Both the position numbers and the translations under genes were made by a program. Positions 10,901-20,888 of a stretch of 64,000 nt of DNA are shown here, piece after piece (the first letter of the stretch is position 1; each line of letters opens with the position of its first letter). The stretch is from an uncultured Gemmatimonadales bacterium (GTDB lineage Bacteria > Gemmatimonadota > Gemmatimonadetes > Longimicrobiales > Gaopeijiaceae). The stretch covers positions 1-64,000 of the forward strand of contig CAWELD010000010.1 of assembly GCA_963809895.1 (NCBI GenBank). The letters are read 5' to 3'. The notes under the pieces were generated by a model that worked only from the letters and a program-made list of their open reading frames with translations, was not told the origin of the DNA and ran no database searches.

Positions 10901-11056
10901 GAAAGGAAGGACCCGAGATATGTGAGACTGCTCGAGGGAACGATCCGAAACATGAGGGCGGCATTCGAAGAACGTAGTCGCGAGATCAGTGCGGAGACGG
11001 ATGTCTCGATCGCGCAGGAACTGGTTCTCGCAGGGATCGTGGAGGCTTACGTCTGA
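7982..11056 (+). CDS. SNF2-family (RapA/HepA/DrmD-like) helicase
   Basis: Motifs [53 protein letters not shown]; coiled-coil C-terminus. Confidence 0.95.
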   Translation: [1024 protein letters not shown]

Positions 11057-12565
11057 TGGGATTCAGGGAGCGGCTCCGGAGGCTCTTCGGACAGGCCTCC
11101 GACTCGGAGCCGGAACAGCCGCAGCATGCTGCGAAAGAGATGTCTCCAGCGACTGACGACTCCTCGGCATCGGCACCACCGCGAGTCTTGGACCGGCGGA
11201 CTATTGAGGATGAGGGCCGCTCGACCCACGAGTCGAGCGGCGGTTCGCGAAGCAGTAACCAACTTCTCCTCATTGGTTTCGACTTCGGGACCTCAGGCAG
11301 CAAGGTCGCGTTTCGTGATTTCGCCGAACGCCGGGAGACACCCAACGTCATCGATTTCGGCACGACCACGCCCGGCTTCTCTCGCTTCGCGCTCCCGTCC
11401 ACGGTGGTGCGTGTTGGTGAGCGGGTCCTGGTCGGCTCGGAAGCTGAAGCATGGGCAGAACGTGCAGATCGAGTCATTCGATCCCCCAAAGCTGCCTTGT
11501 TGGCGGGTAACGATGCGCCATGGAAGCCTGGTCACGAAGCGACCGAAGCCGAGGTTGCCGCCGCGCTCGTGATCGCGGACGGACTGCGTCGCACGTTCGA
11601 CGTGCTCGAGGCGAGAGGTCAGCGAGATCGTCGGCGATATGTGAACCTTGACGTGCCGGTGGCGGAGATCAGTGAAGACGGCGCCAGCAGCGGCTTTCGA
11701 CGGGCGCTGTCCACAGGTCTCTATCTCGCCACCAACCTCACTGAGGACGACGGTGAGGATCGAATCCTCGAAGCCTGGGAGGCGGCAAGGGACGCCAAGC
11801 CCGCTGGTGAACTGCTCGGGGAGGCCCATGCCGTAATGCAGGGAATCGAGACCATGTTCCCGGTGGCCGATGACCAGATTCATGTCATCATGGACGTGGG
11901 TGCCGGCACGCTCGACATGGGCGTCTTCAAGAAGTTCCGAAGAGGAACGAAGTCGCGAATATCTTTCTGGGCCGCTAGCACGTATCCCAAGGGGTGTGAT
12001 GAGCTCGATCGCGCGATTGCCAGAGATCTATTTGGCATCGCAGGCGCCTCAGATCCTAAGCTGCTCGCGCGCGTCCGCCTGGCAAAAGTCTCGCCCTCAG
12101 GAATGCGGAGGGAGCGCGGGTTGGCAGGAAGACCATCCGAGGTCCTAACGTTGCCAGGGCGGCAGAGGAACTGGGTGCCGAGTACGCCGGACCCTACAGC
12201 AGGCTTTTCGGCGCCGCATATCTCAAACAGAAGCAACGTGATCTCTGGAAGGACCTACGTGTCGTCGTCGTCGGAGGTGGCTCCCTCATCCCCCCACTCG
12301 TGTCGGCGCTGACCCAGCCTCCCAGGCGCTTCGTACGGGAGACCCTGTCACGTTGGACCGCGTGCCTCGTTGCGAGGTCGTGGGTGCCTCTGGGGATGCG
12401 CCGACGCCGGAAGAGCCGCCTTTCGTCGTGGTGGCTGTCGGGCTCTCCCATTCCCCCGCGGAAATGTCGAGCCTCGGTCGGCCGGAGGACGTGCTTGATG
12501 ATACAGTCAGAACTGGGCCGACCGGCCTATTTGACTTCGATGCAGATCAGATGTGGAGCGGGTAG
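11056..12565 (+). CDS. Hsp70/actin-fold (ASKHA) ATPase; two apparent frameshifts (~12090, ~12345)
   Basis: Phosphate-1 IGFDFGTSGSKV and phosphate-2 MDVGAGTLD; adenosine motif VVVVGGGSLIP appears in a shifted frame at ~12260-12295. TGATG overlap with the SNF2 stop codon. Confidence 0.8.
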
Positions 12566-12611
12566 CGTCCGGTCCTCTGCTCTGGTCGTTACGTCTATGT
12601 GAAAGGGAGGA

Positions 12612-14284
12612 GTGATGGAGGCCAGGAATCGGCCCTTGAGCGATTGGTTTACCCGAGTCAGGACGCGACAACTAGTTCTTCCGCGCTTCCAACGATTCGA
12701 GGCTTGGACCTATCGTCACGTCGTTGGTCTTCTTGACACGGTTCTTCGAGAGTTGCCCGCCGGCGGTCTGCTCATCCTGGAGGTCGGAGACCGCCAACCA
12801 TTCGTTTCCCGTCCGATGGTTGGAGCACCAGAAAGCGGGGAGAAGATCACCGAACAGCTCCTTGACGGCCAACAGAGACTGACGGCGCTCTGGCGAAGTC
12901 TCACCGATGATTACCTAGACCGTAGTTACCTTATCGACGTGTCGGGCGAAACGGACGGCGATGACGAGGAAGATGGGGGACCGAAGGCCGTCTCGTACGC
13001 GCGGTGGACCAAGGATGGTCGTCGCTACCCTCTCTGGGTCGATGATCCAAGGCAAGTCTGGAGCCGGAAGCTGATCCAGCGTATCTGCTCCGTCCTGATC
13101 CCGAGGCCGAGAAGGACTTCAAAGAGTGGGCAAGAGAGGCCGCGGAGAACGATCCCGAAGTGATGATGGCGCTCTTTCAGATCGGCACGGAACTTCGCAG
13201 CAAGTTCGCCCATTTCAATCTACCATTTCTGTCCCTTCCAGTAACCACACCAGCGGAAACGGCCCTCGACGTCTTCGTGAAGATGAACACGTCCGCCCAA
13301 CCACTCAGCACCTACGACATTGTGGTGGCGCAGGTGGAAGCGGCCACCGGATTTTCACTCCACGAACTGGTCGAGGAACTGCGGCAAGAGGCGCCTGGGA
13401 TTGAGCACTATGCGGATCCGGCTGAGGTGATACTCTCGGCTGGGGCCTACCTAACTGATCGACCTGCCCGGAGAGGTGTGATGCTGGGTGAGGGGTTCTC
13501 GGAATCTCTGATTGAGAACTGGACAGCACTTGTATCGGGCACACGAAGGGCCGCAGAGTTCCTTGATGAGGAGAAGGTCTTCGATTCCGCACGGCTCCCC
13601 ACCGATCCTGTCGTTCCCCTTCTCGTGGCGCTTTGGGCGAACGCTCCCGAAGGACTGGACGGGGAGGGCGAAGCGCGACTCATGTTGAAGCGCTTTCTTT
13701 GGCGGGGCTTCTTGACCGACCGATATGAGCGAGCTTCGAATACCCGCGCGCTGGCGGATTTCAAGCTACTCCGTGATCGCCTCCAGGGAACGGACTCAGG
13801 TGAACCTGTCGTGTTCAGCAACGAGATGCATCCACCGCCAGGGATAGAGGAACTCCTCGTGGCGGGTTGGCCAAAGAAGAAAGACCGGCTCGCCCGTGCT
13901 GTGATGCTCTTGGCGCTCCGCGGAGGCGGTTTCGATATTGCCGACGGTAGCCCGGCCACTCGAGACACCCTGGCTCGTCGCGAGTACCACCACCTGTTTC
14001 CAGTGGCATATCTGCGTGATCAAGGTCGGGCTGAGGCCGAAGTCTATCGTGCCCTGAACTGCGCACTAATCACCTGGCGAACGAACAGGAACATCGCGGC
14101 GAAGGCACCCGAGGAGTACATCCGCCAGCGAACGAACGCCTCGTCGCTTGGAGAGGACGAGATTCGTCGTCGTCTTGCAAGCCATCTGGTCGGCTACGAC
14201 CTGCTGAGGTCTGGCAACTACGATGACTTCCTGAGAGACCGAGCGGAGCGGATCCGCCCCAGGATTCTCGAACTGTGCGGCTAA
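12612..14284 (+). CDS. GmrSD-like DUF262 + HNH-like (DUF1524-type) protein; one frameshift ~13076
   Basis: DUF262 motifs LPRFQR...W and LLDGQQRLTAL; FVKMNT; C-terminal REYHHLFP...N.ALI...TN. The two frames join through AYLLRPDPEAEKDFKEW. Confidence 0.88.
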
Positions 14285-14325
14285 CCATCTTCAGTTGCCG
14301 GAGACTTCGCCGAGTTGACGGGTTC

Positions 14326-17060
14326 ATGTTTGCCTTCGTCGCGGGAGTGCGGGATGGCGTTGCTGATCCTGATCAAGCCCCCCTACACCGATTGGCGACG
14401 GACGTAGAACGCGCGTCTCTCCAGGACTTGTGGCGCATGCTCTCGATCGAGGAGCGTACGGAAGCGGTGGAGGCTGGGTGGGCCACCGAGGAGCCTCTCA
14501 TCCATGACTGGGCTGTCGTGGAAGTTGCTGCCCAACGGCACTTTCGAGAGAATCCGTTGAGAAGTGGCCTGAGGAAAAGCTGGCGGCGGCGGCGGCGCTC
14601 CTGCGTCCGCGCAGCGCCGAAGTAGTTTTGGCCCTTCTGGTGGCATTCCACCTCCAGCAGCGGCGCGCCCTCTTGGCGACCTATCTCGAGGGGCTCGGTT
14701 TGGAGCACCGAGCGGTTGGGCGACCGAGGAGCAGGAGCAGGTTGTGCAAGAGGAGGAGGCGCGGGCCGCTGCGTCAGCGCTTGGACAGCTTTCCCGCTCG
14801 GGACGTCCTCGTCTACCTGCTGACGCTGCACTTCCAGGCCCCGCATCTGGTGCCGGACATCGAGGGCTGGCTCCCGGACATCCTGCGGGCGGATGCACTC
14901 CAAGTGACGGAGCCTCCGTCTGAGGAGCTCGAGAGGAGGGCGCCGCGCCCAGCGGCGCGACTCCGGAAGAGACTCACGAGTTCACGACCCTCGATCGGCA
15001 ACTCGTCCGGACGATCGTGGACGTGGCTCAAGAGATAGAGGGTGCCCTCGAACCTGACGCCGTGGTCGATCTGGTCGAGGAGTTGATCGAGCTCAACAGT
15101 AACCGCCACCGCTCATTCTTCCATCTCGGGTTCGCGGACGTAGTGTTGGATCGGACGCTACGTTCCGAACTCCCTGCGCAGAACGAGTCACGGGTACGAT
15201 GGTACTGGGCCGGGGTTCTGAATGGTCTGGCGCGCGAAGCCCGCTGGTCGGAGATCGTGGAGCGCTTCGACGCCGAGCCAGCCGTTCGGGCGCTGGGTCA
15301 ATCGGGGCAAGGCGCTTCGAGTACGAGTGCTCGACTAGTATTCCGGGCGTTGATCCGGGCAGACCGTCCCGGCGACGCGGCGGGGTTCTTAACGACCGCG
15401 GCGCTGCTCGAGAATCCTCGGCTCACGGCGCTTGTCCACGAAGAGGCAACGAAGCTACTTGGCCAGGACCGCGCCGCTGAAGCACGCGCCCTGATGGATC
15501 TTCTTGGTGGCCTCCCTTCGTCGCCCTCGACGACCAGCAGGGCGTCGATACCACGTCGTCCTTCCTTCTCGAGGTGCAGCGGCGGCGAGCGCACTGCTTC
15601 CGACAGCTCGGCGCTGGAGAAGGCTCGCCAGATTCTCCAGAAGCTCCTCGAGGTCGAGCGGATAGGAATGTCCGGTCTATGGTCTTGACGGACCTGGGAC
15701 TCGTGGCGGAGCGGTTTGCGCAGCCTCGCATATGTCCAGATACCCGACGACGAGGCCAAGCTCAGTGATATCCAGTCGGCGCTCGAGACCGGGGAGGCGT
15801 TGTTCAAGCAGGGCGCGGACGTTGAGGGGGCAAGGTATACTGCCCACGGGCAGTTCTGTCTCGGCGTCTTGGCTCTGACGAGGGAGGAGTGGGGTCATGC
15901 GGCCCGGGCCCTCGAGTTGGCCTTGTCCGTCTTCGAGTCGGAACGAGCTCGATACCAGCGCGGAGACTTGGTGGAGCGCTGCCGGCTCTACCTGGGGATT
16001 GCTTTGGCCCTGGCCTTGGAGGTGACTCGTGATTGAGCGGGTGACGGACTTGATCGAAAGCGCGCTCCGGAGTGGTCAGGCTGTGCCGCCGTACTGGGCG
16101 GCACAGCTCGTCGAAGCAGTGCATCTTGCCTCTGAGGAAGATGCTCAGGTCATTGCAGAGGCCATGATGGATGTTCAGCCCTCGGTTCTTGACCAACTGC
16201 TCACAGCGCCGGTCACCGGCCGGTCGACGGCCCTCCTGGATGCGTTGCTGGAAAGAGCGGGCAACCCGTCGCGAAGCCGATCGGATCGCGCGCGGGACCT
16301 TAGAGCGGCCCTTCCCCATCTGCTGGCGTCCGGGGCAGTGGAGCGCGCGGGGGAAGTACTTGGCCGACTGGAGGACCTGGCCACTGACGGGACAGGGATC
16401 GTCGAGTTCCTCGAAATACTCGAGTCGGATGATCGCTACGACCCGGCGTGGTCCCGCGAAGACGCACGGTGGTCGCGGATTCGACTCCTTGGACAGGAAG
16501 GACGAGCGGCCGAGGCTGTCCCAATCCTTGAAGCGGAGTTCTACCACCAGCTCCGGAGAGAGGAATATCATGCGCGCGAGAACGCGGAGGACATTCTTGA
16601 CACAATGCGGGAATTCGGGGCCGATCGCGAGCGCTTGGCTCCCCCTCCGTGCTTCGCTGGAGGCAAGTGGAGGGGCCGAGATGTCCCGCTCGAAGGGGAG
16701 GACGAGTCCACCGGCCCTCCGGTGAGGATCCTCTTCATCGGTGGAGACGAGAGGCAGGTGGAAAATGCCAAATCTCTCAAGGAGGAGCTTGAAGCGGCGG
16801 ATGCGAAGTTGCGGATCGACTTCGTCCATCCTGGCTGGAGCAGCAACTGGGGCCCCCTGCTTGAGCGGCTGAGTGGCAAGCTTCCGCGCTATGATGGGGT
16901 TGTGATCATGCGCTTCATCCGCACGGAGTTTGGCCGGCAGCTTCGGAAGTCCCTGGAGGTCCCGTGGGTCTTATGTGGAGGCGCGGGGCGGGGCAGCATG
17001 GAACGGAGCATTCGGCAGGCCGTACGGTGGGCGCGGAGTGCCAGGACCCAGATGACCTGA
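14326..17060 (+). CDS. Large helical/TPR-like protein with C-terminal DUF2325-like alpha/beta domain; multiple frameshifts; start uncertain
   Basis: Consecutive protein-like ORF pieces (14275, 14628, 15017, 15574, 15716, 16029); TPR-like HGQFCLGVLALTREEWGHAARALELAL; tail RILFIGGDERQ...YDGVVIMRFIRTEFGRQLRK. Confidence 0.6.
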
Positions 17061-17069
17061 CAATTGGAG

Positions 17070-17200
17070 ACGGAGGATGCCGGTCGACGTGTGTTGATCC
17101 TCTCCTGCGTTGGTCGTCCCATGTCGTCGACTTCCCAACGCCAATGCGGGTGTTCGTACGGAGAGTTCAGGATGGGGTGATCGGAGGGTTCGTTTGGCAC
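17070..17200 (-). pseudogene. 5' remnant of a type III restriction (BPTD_3080-like) Res subunit
   Basis: HPILNSPYEHPHWRWEVDDMGRPTQERINTRRPA resembles the conserved PILNSPYE.P..HWELD..G.PT......RR N-terminus of that family; only ~43 codons remain. Confidence 0.65.
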
Positions 17201-17324
17201 GCCCGCTTGGCGGGGTGAAGCTACACAGTGGATCGAGGGCACCCTGAGACCATCTCCAGCACGGGGTATCAACAGATCGTAGGAAAAGAGCCATGTCGCC
17301 TCCGAGGACGGCCTCCGTTGATGT

Positions 17325-19074
17325 TCAGTATTTTGAACCGGGATACCATTCCCCGGTCGCCGACGCCACCCTTCCTTGAGACGCGGTGGTAATCGTGGAG
17401 GTCAGTTGAACGCCCGGCATTGGCGATAGAATCTCGATCACCTCTCCAGCCTCCTCATCTCGCTGGAACACATGACCGATGATCGACTCCCAGCTGACGA
17501 GGCCAATGATGATTCGGTCCAGGGTGGGAAGGAACCACTGCTCCCGCCACTCGTCTCTATCGCCTCGGTACTCTGCGACTCTCCGATCCACCTTGTCTCG
17601 AATAGACTCTATCGTGACGAGGTCACCGAATATCCCAGACTCAATCTGCTCCTGAGGCGCCATGACGTGAAATGATAGGATTGAGAATTCTCCCGGTGGC
17701 TGCTTGCCGCACTTCAGGACTTGGGCAATGCAGGCGACGTTCCGCGCCGCCTGGTCGAAGTACCTGGCTCGCGTCACCCCGGTGGATAGGGGGCTGGACA
17801 TCTTCCCTTCGATGACAGAGAGCTGGTGGGCGTTCGCCTGGAGCTTCACGCCTGCCTTGTTGCCGTCGTTCCCGATCGCGATGTGGCCCGCGACTGCGTC
17901 TGCACAGGTGTGGGACTCAGCAAGTGGGTCCCCCCGATGGCGCGGGAGGAAGGCGGAGGGCAGACGCGCTTCCGCAAACCACCTCGCCTGGTCCAGCAAC
18001 CGGATTGGTGACGCCGAGCTCGGATGCTTCACAAGCCAATCCATAATCAGCCAGAGCATCGAGTTCTCGTTGTATATCAGGGTTGGGGGAAACGGTGGGC
18101 GCGGCGAATCCACCTGTTGAAGCAGTCGCATGAGCTGGCGCCACATTGCTTTGTGGACGGACGGCTCCGATGAGCGAGATATTGCCGGATGCTGCGGTTC
18201 CTCGGTGCCGCGAACTTCGTTTTCGCGTTCTTCAGGTGAATCAGGGCCTACCGCTTTCCCGGCCCGCTTCAAGGCGCCTGGCTCCTCCATCCCCGGCCAC
18301 CAGATGCGCCCCTCGCGCCGGATGACCTCATCCGCCGCCGGCCGGAGGGCCTCGATCTTTTCCAGATGCCGGGCCATGACCACCGCGGAGACCGCGGCGT
18401 CCAGCGCATCCTCGGTGCTCGCGGCCAGTGCCCGGAGCTCCGAGCCGATCTCGGGGAATCCCTCCGAAAGATAGGCCCGGCGAGCCACGGGGTCGCTCTT
18501 GCGCACGGCTCCGGTCAGGAGTCGCGGATAGATCTCCAGCACGAGCGGCCAACCCGGATCGTCGAACGGCCAGATGGAGAAGCCGGCCTCGGCGAGCCGG
18601 TGGAGGTGGGGCATTCCCCGAAGCGAGCCCGTCCCGACGGCACCGGCTCCCCCGATTTGAAAGACGCTTTTCGGTTGGGCGTGGGTGACGTGCTGCGCCT
18701 CGATTTCCGTGCGTCGGAAGTGGTCCGGCAGGTCCGGCTTCTTGCGGCCTGGGCGTCCCCAGAACGGATCCTCGCAGTCGGACAGCCAGCATTCCCCGCG
18801 GTCTGCCGACCATGCGCCAGACGTCCCGTCCGGTCGAGGCACCCCTCTCCTGGAGAAACCAGTCCGGAAGCGAGAAGGCGAAGTCCAGCCCGACGACCAT
18901 GTTCGCGCCTGCCTCAGCCTCCGCGATCACGTGATCGATGACCTGGGTGCGCGTGCGGCCGGATTCGAGCCGGCGGAGGGCCCCGTCCTGCACTTCAGCG
19001 AGCCAGATGGCTTTCTTGCCGCCGCCTCCCTTGGCGCCGGACCAGTCGATGCCGATGACACGGGTGGGGATCAT
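17325..19074 (-). CDS. DUF429-like RNase H-fold protein fused in frame to a putative PD-(D/E)XK-like domain; frameshift ~18810
   Basis: VIGIDWSG, VGLDFAFSLP, LEIYP and DALDA motifs. The second domain (from ATG 18146) has AESHTCADAV...VIEGKMSS...YFDQAARN. Confidence 0.65.
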
Positions 19075-19101
19075 GGTTCGAACTCCTCCGAGCCGCGCCC
19101 C

Positions 19102-19951
19102 TCAGCCAGGGCGCGCCATGAATTCAGAGGGAGTGAGGTCGACGGCTTCATCGATGGCGCCCTGCAGTGCGAAGAACTCGGGGGCCGAGCGGAAGTGAAA
19201 CAGTCGGTAAACATGGTATTTGGCTTGCTCTCGGCGTGAGGTGTCCACCTGGTTGACGCTGACGAAGAACGGGGTCATGGAGCCAAAGGCCGTTGTCTTC
19301 ACCTCGATCAGCCGATCGCTGCCGTCCTCCTCGAACGACAAGACGTCGAACCCCAGGTGGTCTCCCCGGGTGACGGACACCTGTTCGACCCTCGCGGCGA
19401 GCCGCTCGCGTCGCCGCGCGGTGAGGCGAGCACGTTCGTAGTCGAGCACGAAGGCCTCACCAGCCGCGCCCAACGAGGCGTTCCTCGCTTCCTTTTCCAG
19501 GTAGTTCGTCGTGGTGGGTGCGGCTGGACGATAGTCCCTGGAGTAGCTCGGGGTGCTCGGCTCTGCCCGGTGGATCGACGAGCCGACGCAGGATGTCGTC
19601 GAACGAGGGGGGCTCCACCGTGCGCGTCACCGCGTCCAGCAGCAGCTCGTTCAGCGTATGAGCGCCATCGAGGCGGCCCTCGATCACGTCATGGAGAAGC
19701 TGTTGGTAGTTTCGCTGAGGCTTGTATCCATCGACGTAGGGATACCCGAGATCGATGAGGACCGCGCTGATGTTCTGGTGTTTGTATTCGATGGATCCTT
19801 CCGTGCGCTCCTGCAGCAAGGGCAGGAGGCGGCGGCGATACTCGGTCTTGTTGTAGGCTTCGCCCCGGAGCTCCTTCTCGAGCATGGCGAAGTAGTCGGC
19901 GACAATCGCCTCCACCTCGAAGCGGGACCATGGCTCGTGCGTTTGGTTCAT
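19102..19951 (-). CDS. DUF3883 (PD-(D/E)XK) domain nuclease; frameshift ~19520
   Basis: N-terminal WSRFEVEAIVADYFAML...SIEYKHQNISAVL; C-terminal GAAGEAFVLDYE...GFDVLSF...LIEVKTT. Confidence 0.88.
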
Positions 19952-20036
19952 CTTGCCTGGGGGGTGATCCTCGTCGATCGATGGCGCGCAATGTAGGCGC
20001 CCTCGTGGGTCGGCGCGATCCCCAGCGTGGTTGCGT

Positions 20037-20062
20037 CGTTCATCGTTCATGAACCATGAACG
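20037..20062. repeat. 26-bp imperfect palindrome, copy 2 (CGTTCATCGTTCATGAACCATGAACG)
   Basis: Seen directly; related to 114-139 and 21942-21967. Confidence 0.85.
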
Positions 20063-20463
20063 CGCCGGCCGGGGCGATGCTGCGGCCCGCAGTGCCGGAA
20101 GACCTCGTGGGTGGCCCCCTCATCAGAGGCCGGTGCCACTCCAGGCTCATCCCGGTATTCAGCGCCAGCAGCATCCCGGTCAACTTCTCTGCCCCGCCGT
20201 CCAGGATGACATGCTCGGGCGTCCGGTCATGCAGGCCGGGCACCGGCCGCTTCAGCCAGCGATGAGCAGCCTCGACATCCCGAAACGTCTTCTGCATCTC
20301 GCTTACCAATTCGTCCAGCGCCTCGAGCCGCGACAGGAAGACCGGGCTCGGAGTGACGCCCGTGCGCCACCACGCAAGTCGGCGGGCGGTGCTGTGGGCG
20401 GGTCCTTCCTCCTCGCGATGGGTCCCGACCCCTGTCCGGGATCGGCCTCTTCCGCATCGTCAC
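20040..20463 (-). CDS. Xre/MbcA/ParS-like antitoxin (probably frameshifted; no RES toxin follows)
   Basis: TARRLAWWRTGVTPSP HTH-like piece and AAHRWLKRPVPGLHDRTPEHVI C-terminal toxin-binding motif. Confidence 0.6.
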
Positions 20464-20888
20464 CGCGATTCCCAGTCCTCTCGGTCCAGCCAGAGCTTCA
20501 CCGACCCCACCCTTCGCCCGATGTCCTCCGCCGGAGGGCAGTACACCTTCGCGATGAATGGCCTCGGATGGGCATCGATGAACTCATAGATCCGGTCGAG
20601 GGTGCGAACGAAGTTGCTGGCGAGTTCGGTCGTGGTCCGCTTTCCGATGAGGATGAAGAGACCCACTCGACCGCGCATCACCGCATCCCGTTCATTAGGA
20701 CGATACCGGATGCGCTGATCGTGGGAGAGCACGAACCAGCCGCGATCCGCGGCGGTCCCGAGCCACAACGCGTCGTGCGCTGCGGGGGCGAAGTGCTGGT
20801 GGTGAGCTTCGACGGAGATTCCCGCCGCCCGGAGTTCACTCGGAAAGCGCTTTCCGAGGTCCCGATCCGTGAAGAATGTGGGATTCAC
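20460..20888 (-). CDS. VapC45-like PIN-domain toxin
   Basis: FFTDRDLG...D..WL...ADRGWFVLSHDQRIRY; overlaps the antitoxin gene. Confidence 0.85.
   Translation of the reverse strand: MNPTFFTDRDLGKRFPSELRAAGISVEAHHQHFAPAAHDALWLGTAADRGWFVLSHDQRIRYRPNERDAVMRGRVGLFILIGKRTTTELASNFVRTLDRIYEFIDAHPRPFIAKVYCPPAEDIGRRVGSVKLWLDREDWESR

Noticed and set aside
7982..11056. Calling the locus DISARM or Zorya
   Set aside because: No DrmA/DrmB/DrmC or methylase genes, and no ZorA/ZorB (MotA/MotB-like) or ZorC genes in the window.
11056..12565. dnaK, mreB or ftsA housekeeping gene
   Set aside because: Only the generic ASKHA motifs are shared; there is no substrate-binding domain, and the context is not a chaperone or cell-division operon.
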